Source: Octopus vulgaris
Taxonomy: Eukaryota
Assembly: GCA_951406725.2 (NCBI GenBank)
Contig: OX597824.1
Coordinates: 1,054,001-1,118,000, forward strand
Direction: 5' to 3'
Length of the DNA stretch: 64,000 bases
Shown: piece by piece, positions 27,301 to 41,786 of the stretch
Layout of the letters: each line of letters opens with the position of its first letter
Position numbering within the stretch: the stretch's first letter is position 1
Translations under genes and position numbers: made by a program
Notes under the pieces: model-generated
What the model was told of the DNA's origin: nothing
What the model saw: only the letters and a program-made list of their open reading frames with translations
The model's database searches: none

Positions 27301-30300
27301 GACCATGGGGTTAAGAAGATTGCTTCCAACAATGGAGTTTTGGGTTCAGTCCCATTGCATGTCACCTTGGGTATATGTCTTCTACCACAGCCCTAGTCTA
27401 ATCAAAGTCTTATGGGTGGGTCTCATGGACAGAAACTGAAAGAAGCCCGTCTATCACTATATAGACCAGCTTCTATATGCATATGTGAGTGTGTCTGTGT
27501 GTCCCCTTGTCCTGATATGATGGTTGGAGACAAGAGACACTGTCATGCAGACAATGCTGTTTTCCCCTCCAGTCTTACACGGAAGATATGTCTGGCCTAT
27601 GGAAAGGTTACCTTGCTTGGAAACGGGTGAGAGCTGGCAACAGGAAGGGCATCTGGCCGTAGAATTTCGTCTGACCAAGGAAAAGTGGATGTTAAAACAA
27701 GTTATGATAGCTAACTGCATTTCACCAAAATGTCTAGATTCTAACAAGATTGGAAGATTTATATCGGGAAGGCATTATGATAATTTAAGAGTTTGATTTT
27801 CCATTGCATTCCACCTCTAATTACATTTCAAAATGTCACTTACCAGTTTTAAGAAATCAACTAGTTTGTATGGGTCGGTACCCAGGGATAAGTCTACAAA
27901 GTCTTTAGGCAGAGCGTAGTAGGCATAAGGATTTGGCTTCATCGCACTTTCTGACTCACGGATATATCGAAATACAGGAAGCTGTTGGAAAGTAAGGAAC
28001 ACATCATTAGCATTTCGTTTTATGGTGCTTGCATTCAGCTTTTGGCAGTAAAAGAACAAAAGTAAAAAAATAAATAAATGAAAGCCAAAAGCAAAACTTC
28101 AGTTCAAAGAAGAATAGTAAAAAAAACAAAATACAAAAAGACTCTTTGCAGTCTTGAAAAGGACAGAAATCTATGGGTTGGTGTTAATAACAACCCTGAA
28201 GCAAGTTCTACGTTGTTTTCAGTACACACACACAGAGAGGCACATGAGAGCTCACCTTACACACACATACATGAAAGTATGCTTTACATACGCATACACA
28301 CACCTGAAAGCTCACCTTACGCATTCCATAGACATATGAAAGTTTGCCTTACCTGTTGGACATCTTCTGATCCTTCTACATCAGTGGAAGATTTTTGGAA
28401 AGGATGGTCAGACAACAGTTCTGACCAATCAAACATTAGACTGTCAGTAACTGGTCCGAAAGGGTTGAAATCTAAAAGTACTATTTTACCCTAAAAAAAG
28501 AAAAAAAATCATATATATATAAATTAGGAAAAAAAAAACACCTTTTATCAATTCATATATTTATTATATTTTGTGAAATTTGATTTAGTATTTCTGAATT
28601 GAATTTTCCCCTGTAAGTTTGGAATAATATTCCCTAATATTATTATTATTATCATTATATATATATCAACATTAATAACAGAAAAGAACTCCATGAAGTC
28701 AACTGGTTACTATAACAACACCATGTCACCTCTCCCCACCAACACATCTGCGTAACAACCTTTTTCCATCCCCCACTTTTCCACATACCCTGAAGAATGG
28801 GTCATAGCTCCAAAATATAGAAAATATAAAATAAAACTCTTTGTTTTCTATTCACATAGTTCTGGCCTTACCCAGCAAGGATCTCCACTGCTTTTGTTTC
28901 ACTTAATTTTAAAAATACTGAAGAATTTACCAAAATAACTTCTTCATTATTAAGTTGGTGTTTGGACCATAACATGGAATTTTGATGACAGGTTTTATGA
29001 AGTCCATTTTAAAACAGCAAGTGTGTATCATAACTTCAAGGGCAGTTTCGAGTAAGTTGGTCTCACAGGGGTTAAACTGCATCACCATTAACTATTATTA
29101 AGACCTTCACGCATATTTCCATTGAGTATTGTAAATGTGTGCTTTGTTATTAAATCTGGGTCTGAGGGTCAGACGGAATATATGTAGAAAACAAAACAGG
29201 AGAGGTTGTTTATAAGAGTTTTTAGTTACCCCCTCTTACATATGTTTCATGAACATGAGGTGAATATTAGTAATAGAATGCAAATTACATAATCAAGATC
29301 ATGGCAAATCATTAGAGTCAAGGAGCTATTACATGCAAAATTATTGGATTGAAAAGATGATAGTATTCACCACTGTGGTAATGGCTCATGAATCTACCTT
29401 AATTCTTGATCATGAAACTAATAATCACCTTATGCTAATGAAATGGATATAAGATGCTGGGATTATCTTATAAACAATCTCTTGTGTTTTGGTTTTTGTT
29501 TCTGATATCCATTTACACACACCTGCATCCATCCACATAGATATGTGCAAACACACACATACATGTATGATGATACCATCAACAATAGCCAAACAGGCAC
29601 AGAGCACTGTCTAAAAAGGGTTTGTCAAGGCTTTCTTCCAGGACTCTGCTGATGTAACTAAACCATAGATCAGTCACTGGGTCATTTGCCTTCAATTACA
29701 AATGAAAGAAACATCTTTTACTCATTGACTTAGAATTGTTTGGACTTGACTGCAAAATATACTCTGCACTAATATAAGACGGCTGACTTCGACATCAATA
29801 ACACCACCATTGCTGCCACTGCCACTGCCATGTGAGTTGTGAAGATGAAGTAAGAATTCTCCTCACTTCTCTTTGGTCTCTGCGTTTAAATACACAGGTA
29901 TGCATATACCCATGGTCAACCACAGCCTAGTCAGTGGATTTCACAGACAGAAACTGAACGAAGCCTGTCATTTTTACATGTGTGTGTGTGTGTGTGTGAC
30001 TCCTTGGCTCCACATCATGGGATGCTTGTAAACGAGTGCCATCGTCATGCAAGTAGCATCCTTCATTTCCAATTTTTCAAGACATCTCAAGTAGCAGGGA
30101 AATATTACCTAACTTGGAAATATGTGAGGGTTGGCAACAAGAAGGGCAGCTGACTGCAGAAAAATCTGCCTCAGCCAATTCTACCCTCCCCATGCAAGCA
30201 TGGGAAAGGGGCTGTGAAAATGGACATATCTGACCAGTCCGGTCCTATCCAAAACAATGGATAGGACAAGTTTTGATAATAGTTGTGCTCAATTTGAAGC

Positions 30301-33300
30301 TTAATTGGACGACTAAATACTGACCAGCCTGAGAAGACCATTGACACCAACTCCTTCTCGCAGAACAGCACGAGAGGGAAAACCCTACAAAACACCACAC
30401 ACACACACACAATTGTCTCTTCTCTCCTATAACCACAACTGTCCAACCACACACACACACATGTAGCAATTGTCTCTTCTCTCCTATAACCACAACTGTC
30501 CAACCACACACACACACATGTAGCAATTCTCTTCCCTTCCCCCACAACTGTAGACCAACATGTTAACGGATAGCAATTGTTTCTTCTTCTCCCCACCTCA
30601 GATAACAATCGACCATAAACCCACATGCAATGATTCTCTCTTCCCCACCACCTCCACCACCACCACCACCACAGCAGCAACAACAGCCATCATCATCCAC
30701 AATGAACCACAAGGAGATATCTATGTGGCTGTCCAATCAGCTAGAAATAGCAACCAAATCTTCAATTCATAGCTGAGCATTGCTTTAGAAAAGTGACATG
30801 TTGGATGAAGTTGTCCTGTGCTCTATACACATAAGAAGCAGACTGGATGGCCATGGTTAGAATGTCTTTGATCATGGATTGGCTCGATTAGTATAAACCT
30901 GTCCCTACACAACAGCAACCACCATCTTGACAGTAATTAACCTTACCTTCCCATCCCACCTTCCAATGGAACACTTACCTGTCTTTTTCTGTAGACATCA
31001 AAGACATCTGTGAAGAAGAAGAAAAAGAGAAAATAACAAGAAAAAAAACAAAGAAAAACTGCTTTGGGTGTCACTGCAAAACAACAAACAACAACAAGCT
31101 TCTAAGTTTGATTGTTTCTAAGAGAGGCTTAAAGGGAGCAGTATTTTGGTGGTGGGAGGGGAGAGAGGGAGGTAAAGCCAGTTATATCAGCCCCAGTATT
31201 TTACTGGTACTTTAGCTTTTTCAACTCTGGAGGGATGAAAGGCAAAGTTGACCTCAGCAGAATTTTCACTCAAAAGGCAGAGAGATCAATCAATTCTACC
31301 AATCCACTGTGCCATCATCATCATCATCAACATCGTCGTTTAACATCTGCTTTCCATGCTGGCATGGGTTGGACGATTTGACTGAGGTCTGGTGAACCAG
31401 ATGGCTGCACCAGACTCCAGTCTGATCTGGCAGGGTCTCTACAGCTGGATGCCCTTCATAACGCCAACCACTCCAAGAGTGTAGTGGGTGCTTTTACGTG
31501 CCACCGGCACGAGGGCCATTTTGGTGGTACTGGCATCGGCCACACTCAAATGGTGCTTTTTATGTGCCACCTGCACAGGAGCCAGTCCAGCAGCATTGGC
31601 AATGACCTTGCTCGAATGTTTTTTTTTTCACGTGGCACCAGCACAAACGCTAGTAAGGCGACGTGTTAAATAATAAATAAAAATAATAAAGTGAGATTGC
31701 AACCATAGCTGATACCAGTGATGCATGTCTGGCCCATTTAAGAGGACCCTTGATGCGTCGGGTGATATGATATGCTTGAGAAGACCTGTTGAGTCAAGTA
31801 AAAGCAAAATTGTAGCTGTGGCCTGTGCCATCTGATTGGCACCTGTGCCAGTGACAAGTAAAATGCACCACCTGAACATGGTCGATGTCAGCGTCACCTA
31901 ACTGGCTCCCGTGCCAGTGGAATGCAAAAAGCACCCGCTACACTCTCGGAGTGGTTGGCGTTAGGAAGGGCATCCGGCATGGCCTCCCAGCATGCCAGTC
32001 CCCAGTCAAACCGTCCAACCCATGCCAGCATGGAAAACAGATGTTAAACCATGATGATGATGATGAATAATTGTTTCAAATTTTGGTACAAGGCCAGCAA
32101 TTTCAGGGGAGGGGATAAGTTCATTACATCAACCTCAGTGCTTGACTGGTACTTTATTTTATCGACCCCCACAAAGAATAAAAGTTAAAGCCAGCCTCAG
32201 TGGAATTTGAACTCAGAACAGAAAGATGTGTGAATTGCTGTTAAGCATTTTGTCCAACTTGCTAATGATTCTATCACTGCCTTAGTAATAATAACAACAA
32301 TAACAATAGTAATAATAATAACAGCAATAAAAACAACAATCCTTTCTACTGGAGGCACAAAGTCTGAAATTTTGTGGGGAGGATTATAGGTGATTACATC
32401 GACCCAAGCACTCAACTAGCCCTTATTTTATTGACCCTGAAAAGATGAAAGGTAAAGGTGGCCCCAGCAGAAATTGAACTCAGAATGTAAAGCTAAGTAT
32501 TTCGTCCAACATGCCACCATGCCCAGCATGTCATACAAAATCCAGCTGATTGCCAGGATGGAGCAGGTAGATTATGTTGCTCCCAATATTCAAACTGGTC
32601 CTTACTTTATTGATCCCTGAAAGGATGGAAAGCAAAGTCAACCATTGAATGATGGGAGTCAGAAAGAATGCCTCATAGCATTTTGCTCAACATGCTAATG
32701 GTTCTGCCAGTTTATCAATTCTTCCTCTATGGACAGAAGGGCTGTAGTCTTGAGGGAAGTGGGGGGCCAGTGGATTACATTGACCCTAGTGCACAACTGG
32801 TATTTTATTGACCCTTGCTTGGTAACAGGTGAGTGTTGGTGATGGAGAGGGCATCCGGCTGAAGAGAGCCTACCTCAGCATGCATGGACAAGTAGACATT
32901 AAAACCAAAATGATGAAGATGATGATGATGATGGCAAAGATGTATCAAAGGAGTGAATACTTACATTCTTTAAGGACGAACTGTGATGCAATTCTCTGCT
33001 TGAAGAAAGTTGTAATGTCTGTTTTGATGCTTTCTAGATTCTGCTCAATGAAGCCGTAGTACTCAGAGTCGTGGCGCTGACATATAGCTAGAAGAACAAT
33101 TAGCAATAACTCAGGGTCACAAACAGAACTAAATCAAGTCAAGCCTCTCAATAACGCTAGAAAAAGCAACTAAATCTCCTTCAAATCACACATTACTTTC
33201 TTAGAAAAAGGTGTGTTATGACTGATACAGTTCTAAATACGCCATGAATGCCGTATGGCTGAGTTGGTTAAGAAGTTTGCTTTGCAATCATAATGTCTCA

Positions 33301-36300
33301 AGTTTGATTGCGCCATCTGGCACATCTTGGGGCAAGTATCATTTATTATATCCTTGAGTTGATCCATGCAATAGGAATGAGAACAGGGTAGATGGAAACT
33401 GGAGAGAAGCTTGCCAGATAAATTGTATTTCAAAGGTCCAGCCATCACACACGGTGCCAGGCTGATTCTGCCGGAATATCAAACTAAAATCATTCATAGA
33501 AATTCCACGTTAATTATTTTCTAAAACCAACAATGAAAAAATTCATTATCTTCATTATTTTCAAAATTAATTAAAACCAGAGATAGTGCAGTTGATCTCT
33601 GTTGATACCAACCTGTCTAGCCCCCCCCCACCCTGGTTCTATGATGCAAACTTCCAGTTTTAAATAAAAACCTTCCCTTAAAATTTCATGTTAATACAAC
33701 ATTCCAAAGAGCCAGCTTAATAACAACAAAGTTATTTCATTAAATTCTTCAAATTAATTGAAACAAAAGAGTTCTTCAACAAAAACATGGCAACAAAACA
33801 CAAGGATTCTAAAGGTACTGGTATTTTGGAACGTTCAACCATTCATGTGTTAGTCCAGTAAGTATGTAGCTCAGTTGAGCAAACAGCTCAATACACATCC
33901 TCTAAACTGACAGAGATCTATTATTTCGAGAGAGAAGAGAAAGTTCCGTGGCTGTGATCCTTATGCAGGGACACAAAGGCTGCTGGGCAGAAAATGAAGA
34001 AGCAACTCCATAATCCAGGCCCAATTTAAATGCTTTTGCAACAGAGTAGATTCCCCTAAATAGGAATCCCTAGGGATCAGCAGAGTGTAACAGCAAAGTG
34101 TCGGACTTACCCAGAAGGGCTCCGTTTTTAACGAAGCATCGGAATTCTGAACCTGGATGAATGTTCACCCATCTTCGAAGGATTAAATTATATTCCAACT
34201 CTGGTCGGTTGCACTCAGCATCCTCACAGTATTCAAAGCTGGAAAAGAAAAAATAAGATATGTGAAAGTTACAAATCTATCAATATTAGGGCAGTGGATT
34301 GGCTGAATGGTCAGAATGGTGGACGAAATGGTTTGGTGGGGTCAATGGCATCACCTAACCCCCTCTTCTTAAAACTGCTGGCCTTGTGCCTAATTGGAAA
34401 CATTAAAGGCAGGGAGTTGGTAGAATTGATAAAGCATCAGGAAAAATGCATTGTGATATTTCTTTTGGCAGCAAACTGGCAGAAACGTTAGCATGCCAGG
34501 CGAAATGCTTCGCGGTATTTCGTCTGCCGTTACGTTCTGAGTTCAAATTCCGCCAAGGTCGACTTTGCCTTTCATCCTTTCGGGGTCGATTAAATAAGTA
34601 CCAGTGCACTGGGGGTCGATATAATCGACTTAATCCATTTGTCTGTCCTCTCTGTGTTTAGCCCCTTGTGGGTAGTAAAGGAATAGGTATTTCTTTTGGC
34701 TCTTAACTTTCTGAGTTCAAATCCTGTCAACCTTTCATTCCTCTGGGGTCAATAAAATAAATACCAGGGTCAACTAATACCCCTCCCCTCAAAATTGCTG
34801 GCCATGTGCCAAAATTTGGAACTATTATTATTCTAATTATGAAGGCAAAGGCAGCAGCAGACTCCCTCAACAAAAGGCTTCAAGTTCAAATCCAGCTGAA
34901 GTTGACTTTACCTTTCATCTTTTCGGGGTCAATAAAATGAGTACCAGTTGAATATGTCAGGCCTTGACCCTTTCGTTAATGTATTTCTAAGTAAAACACA
35001 CCCCTTATGAGTTTCAATTAAAATCTAAAATAATCACAAATTTAGACTGGATTCATTAAACAACTTTTTTATTTATCAAATTTTTGGAAAACAATTGAAG
35101 AAAAGGTTCTTAATTCTATTGCATAACTTTTGTCTTAAACTGACTCTAATTACAGGTAGACCACAAGCTATCTTTTTACTAAGTTTGTTTACTTTCTGTG
35201 TAACAGTTTGTTTACACAGTGATCGCTTCAAACAAGCCTCCATTTGCTTGATTTCTCTAGATCTTCTGTTGAAAAGCCCTCAAATTCAGAATCCCTGCTT
35301 GATGGCATGAAACTGTTATTCATTTTCAAAGTTGAAAAACAATCGCTTAAGAAAAAATGTGGAAAAAAAATCTCCCAAAATTTGAACAGCTCAGATATAA
35401 CACCAGACAATGTCAGATACTGTAATTCGACTATTTACAAAGTGAAGCAATGTGTTTTCATGAATGCACTAATAAGATTTGTACTGAAGTTCACATTTAA
35501 ATATCAATGGAATCGCTTGGCCCCTGCACTGGCCAGGCTGGTTGTTTGAACCAAAGAAATTTTCGGTCAGCTGGGTTGGTCACAAAAGGGTTGACGAGCA
35601 AGCAGAAACATTAGCATATTGAACAAAATAGATGGAAGCATTTGTTTTGACATTTTACATTTACAGTTCACATTCTCTTGAGGTCAACTTTGCTCTTCTT
35701 CATTTTGGGGCTGACAAAATAAAGTACCAGTCAAGTACTGGGTTTGATGGACTTGTCTAATCTCCTTCTCTCAAAATTGCAGGCCTTGTGTGAAAATTAG
35801 AAAGCATTATCATTATTATGATAAATGGTATGCACTGTACATATGACTGATGGACATTCAATAGTGTTGCCGTTCTCAACAGGCATCAATTTTCTAAGAA
35901 CATCTGCAGTTTCCAACAAAGCAGTCACTGAATCAGAGTTACTCATCTTTCAAAAGCTTGTTCCAAGATGTCTTTTCAGTTCCAGAAGTACCAAACCCAA
36001 AGTTCTTATGACAATTGGGATTATCTTCCTGTTGTTTGGCCGTAACAATCATATTCCTGCAATTTCAGTCTTCCAGTGGTATCTGGATGGAAAGCTGGAA
36101 GAACTGCTCTTAAGCGTTTCACCTGACATTCTGATAATTCTGCCAGTTTGTCCCACTTAGTCTGAATAACAAAGTCCCAAAGTATCTCAGGTGTGTATCA
36201 GTTATCAAAGACACTGCAACCTGTCGCTGCCACCAATCACACACCTGATATCCATACCTTGTCACGTCTTCTTTTACATTCCTTTTGAACTAAAATTTTC

Positions 36301-39300
36301 TTTCATATTTTCACAAAGCGATGACACTTTCTTCTACCCTAACACCACACCATTTCTTCTGACTTGCTCAGACTTTACCACCAGGGTCAACTTTACTTTT
36401 CATTCTTTTTTAGGGTCAATAAACTATCAGTCAACTACTGCAATCATTTTCCTTCCTTTTCTCTCTCACTCTTTCACTCTCCTTTTACCTGTCTCTTTCT
36501 TCACCTTTTACTTATACCTGTTTCTCTCTCTCTCCAACACCAGCCTACGACCAGCAAAAATAAAAGAAAAAAAACATCCCTGATAGGAATCCCACAACAT
36601 AAACTGCCAATGCAGTCTCCTAGAAAAATTCCCTGGCAAACACCATAGCATGAATCAATGTTAAGTAACCAGAAGAGTGGGACACTGTTGGCCTTTGCAT
36701 AGGAAATCTTTACCAATTGTGATTGTTTATTATGAAAGAGAAAAAAATAGATTCATAAATGGGAAGTTTACACGTTACTTACGGACTGGTTAAATCATGG
36801 GTGACAAAGTCTGAACTTTTCAACAGTAAATAAATATCAGCCGGGCAGGTACAGCGAAGAGTTTTACTGAACGAAATCCAAAATGCATCCTATTCAAACA
36901 GCAAAAAAAAAAAAAAATCCATAAATATATATATATGTACATATATATAGTTAATCCAAACATAAAAACACAAAGAGAAAACACAACAACACGAGGACGT
37001 GGAACAAGTATAGAGTTATTGGACACACAGGAAAGGAAAAAAAGAAAGAAGGAGGATTTAACGTTCCGAGTGGAGCTCTTCGTCAGAAACATAGGCAAAG
37101 GAAAGATCCGAGGAAGGGAAGACGGAGGGAATAAAAAAATCACCAATGATACATGGTCACATATTGAATGACCAATGTATGTATTTATACATATAAAAAG
37201 TAGAAACCCACAAAGTTGAGAGACGAGCCATAATTCATTTAACTCTGACAGTTATTTCATGAGGAATAAACATCATTAATTAAAAAATTACATATTAAGA
37301 TACATAATTAATACACATATATCAATTTAAAGCAATGCTCATCTCAGACCATCAAGAATCTTAGGGCTGATGCCATCCATAGACAGTTGCTGGCTGTAAA
37401 ATCGTGTGAACGTGTAAGGCTAGCAGAGCCAGTAATTTTCAGAGTGATTTGGGATAAACACTGCTTTCAATAAATTTATGTTGAAAGTATTTCAAATGCC
37501 AAACTCTGCCAGACCAGGTGCTAATTTAAAAGCAGGTGAGTTTTCTTGATTATGTAACTGAAAAAGCAGACAGGAGGGATTACTGGTTGAAGTCTGCTAA
37601 TATGGAGAAGGTACTCGTTGATGGTGTAACACGGGGGTGGGTAATAGGTGAATCATTGAGAGGTCATCTGTTGCCTTGGACCTTTTCCACACATTTTTCA
37701 TACGTAGTGAGCATCTCAAATAGTGGTGTTGCGTGTGGACTTGAGATGCTTAATATAGTCTTCTGGAAGAACATAACTGCCTCTTTAGCACTGCTGCTAG
37801 GAAGAATGCACCCAGTACATTCTATAGAGTGAGTGGTGTTTGAAAGGGTATCCGGCTGTAGGAAGGAAGCCAGAACTTGAACTTTATAAGCAAGAGGTGG
37901 TCCTCTAACTCATCTAGAACAACCCATCCAACTGATGTGGTCATATGATGATGATGATGATGATGATCAATATATTTATCGGTTATTGAGCTGTAATGGC
38001 CTTTAGATAGTCTTTTGTGCAAAGGTTTGTTTACATTTTACTTACATATGCATGGCTAGTGATGAAAACAGGGGCAGATTTTTTATATGTAAGATATAAT
38101 ATTCATGTGGGCTGAGCAAATCTAAAAACAGAAAAACAATCTAAAACTTTCTATTATCTAAAGAAGTGGCTGGTTCCTAGTCTAAACATGGCAGACAAAT
38201 GCTTGAAATAGCAGCAAGAGATCAAACCTTAGTCTCAGCTCAACCTTAATTGAACACACCAATGGTCAAAGGTATTCCAAGTGTCACTGTATACATTTGT
38301 AATCTGATGTATGAAATGTGCATCACCTTAAATATTGGTATGACAATCTAATGAATATACCCCTGTAAATATACATTAAATACACAGAGGCTGTATTGAG
38401 AATGTGTAATTTAATATACATCATCTTCAACATACATTAAATGCTAATGGCGTGTTAAGACTGTATATTATTAATATCTTTCTTTCTATTTATCTATCAA
38501 CATAGGCACAGAGTGGCTGTGTGGTAAGCACCTCTATAGATATATATATGTATATATATGCATGTGCAAGTGTGTTCATGTCTAAGTGTTTTGACATTGT
38601 GTGATTGTTATATATGACCGTTATTGATTTCCAGTCTTCTGCAAAAACATGTCTGACCATGGGGCAACAGGTAAGGGTTGGCAACAGGAAAGGCATCTGG
38701 CTGGAGATAACCTGCCAATTGGCCTCAATAAATGCCATCTGAGTCATAGATGCATGACAAAATGGACATATTTATACACACACATATATACAATAATAAT
38801 AAGAAGAGAGTTTTAAAGTACTTACCTTAGGAGAGCTCCAGTTTAATTTGGGGAACACTTCCCCATCAAGTTCTTCAATACAACTTCGGATTTTTTTATC
38901 CAACTCTGGGAAGTCTGGTACCTAGCATGAACATAAACGTATACAATGGTCATATTTTGAAATGCCTGAGGCACTGAAGGTTGGTGGATGGGTGTTGGGA
39001 ATAAGTATTAAAAATTATCAAAGCTAAATATTTTCTAATGGATCCCTTATTTAATGAACCTCATTTGTATGAAAGGCAAAGCTGATCCCCGGTAGAAGCT
39101 GAACTCAGAACACAGAATTCCCTGTAACTAAACGTTACAGGGAATTCTGTTGGATGCTCTGTTGAATATTAATATATACTGATCAAGATGTTTTCGGTAT
39201 TCTTAAAACTGCAGACAAATTCATAATCAAAACCCTGGAATATACACACATCATATAGAGAATAGCACTTCTGCAAGACTACAGGAATATCACCATGAAT

Positions 39301-40989
39301 GGATCCAATAATAATAAACCACAAAAGAAAAACTCTGCAATGGAACCAATGAAAATAGACGAGCTTTCAGTTGTGCAGTGACAGCAGAACTGAAAATGCA
39401 GAATGTTTTGTGAATGAATTTGGTAGACAGAAAGTGCACTGAGCCTCCCCAACACTTGTGGATCTGCACACAAACCAACGCCAGTTGTCAAGCAATGGTT
39501 AGGAAGAACTAAGACATCTATATATATACGAGGGGCGTTCAATAAGTAATGCCCCTGACCCACTACCCATAGCAGTAGAGCAACGACACTTGGCACAGTT
39601 ATTAGTCTTTTTCTACATAGGAATCACCCAGAGTTACGCATTTCTCCCATCGTTTGATGCAGCTCTGGAGACCGATTTTGTAGAAGACCCCAGCTTGGTC
39701 CTCCAGCCACGACGTGACTTCAGAAATCAAGGTTGCATCATCTGGGAAACACTTTCCTTTCAAAAACAACTTCATGGCTGGGAAGAGGTGAAAATCAGAG
39801 GGTGCAAGGTCAGGAAAGTAGGGGGGATGGGGGAGGAGTTTATAGCCACACGCCTGTGCTTCTGATCTGGCGACATGCGAGTTGTGGACCGGAGCGTTGT
39901 CCTGCAGGAGGAGGATGCATTTGCTGATCTTGCTCTGCCTCTTGGTTTTGATAGCTTCTCTTAATTTCCTCAAAAGTGAAGCATAATAGGCTCCTGTAAT
40001 TGTGGTACCCTTTGCCAGGAAATCTGTCATCACTACTCCGTCCTGGTCTCAGAAGACTGTGAGCATGACCTTGCCAGCGGAGGGCTGCACCCTTGCCTTC
40101 TTTGGAGGAGGTGAGTCACGGTGCTTCCACTGCATTGACTGGGCTTTGGTCTCTGGATCATAGTGATGGACCCAGGTTTCATCCTGTGTAATCAGTCTTT
40201 TGAAAAATTTTGACTCATCTTCTTGGCACATCTCCAAATTCATCCTCGAGCACTCGACGCGTTCTTGCTTCTGGAAAGGTGTGAGCAACCTGGAAATCCA
40301 TCTGGCAGACACCTTTTGCATATGCAAATGGTCATGAAGGATAGTTTCCACAGACCCGGTACTAATCTTGACCTCATGGGCTATTTGGCGAATAGTTATG
40401 CCTCGATCTTCCAAAATGGCAGCCTCAACCTGACGGACAGATGCCTCATCAATGGCAGAAGGGGGGTGACCAGATCTGGGAAATGTTTCCACAGAGTTCC
40501 AACCATGTTTGAATTCCCAATGCCAGCATTTTACAAGGTCATATGATGGGGCATCATCACCATAGTTACTTTCATTTCATCAAAAGTCTTCCGTGGTGTG
40601 TGTCCTTTCAAATACAAAAATCGGATCACTGCTCGACACTTAAGAGGCTCCATTTCATACTTGACTCAGTTCAAACACCTGTAAATCAGAAATCACAATT
40701 AGTTTAGAGCTGTAATTTACCACTTAATCTATAGAGATATAAATAATTGCACATGCAAAATTTCAGCTAGATCAAACAACTGCAAGTGGGTCAGGTGCAT
40801 TACTTATTGAACGTCCCTCGTATATATCTGTAAATGTAATATGTGAGACAATTATTCGGTTGCCATGATAAAACTCAGAGTTTTATCATGGTTACCAAAT
40901 AATTGTCTCACATATTACATTTACAGATAAATTCCTCTATTTACATAATATCAAGGTCTCTTTCTTTTTTTTTGTCTCACCGTTTTTAT

Positions 40990-41024
<35 letters not shown>

Positions 41025-41738
41025 CATGAGGGGTTTATTTCACGGGTGATCTAAAAGAATAGGTACGTTGCGTAAGTGCCATAGTTGGTCATCTGTTAGG
41101 TTCCAAGTTCAGAGATGAGGCTGGAGCTAAGAGGATCTGTAGTAAGCTTCCAGTGTATGGAGATGCAAACCTATCACTTGCGGCATTTCAGAAACAGCTG
41201 CAAGACATCCAATAATTAATTAATTAATCACTGCAAATTCACCTTACACTAATTAAATATTCTGGGGCAGCCAGATTTGAACAGTCTCAAGTGTAACCGC
41301 CTGAAACTGTAAGGATAATTTGGTAACTTGACCAATGAGAGGAACTTGTGAATGACCCATCCTTGTTTATACTCGACTGTCTTTTTATTGTTTTTCCTGT
41401 CGGACTTCGCATTGTCTACCTGTCCGGATGTTTTATTGTTGTCTGTTACATTCTTGTTACATTTTTTTGATTTATATATATATATATATATATACTCTCT
41501 TTTATTTGTTTTCAGTCATTTGACTGCGGCCATGCTGGAGCACCGCCTTTAGTCGAGCAAATCGACCCCAGGACTTATTCTTTGTAAGCCCAGTACTTAT
41601 TCTATCGGTCTCTTTTGCCGAACCGCTAAGTTATAAGTTATGGGGACGTAAACACACCACCATTGGTTGTCAAGCGATGTTGGGGGAACAAACACAGACA
41701 CACAAACATATACACACACATACATATACATATATATG

Positions 41739-41786
<48 letters not shown>

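Noticed and set aside
28785-28825. CTGAAGA followed by a short hairpin
   Set aside because: GAAA and the cleavage site are missing; at most a decayed remnant.
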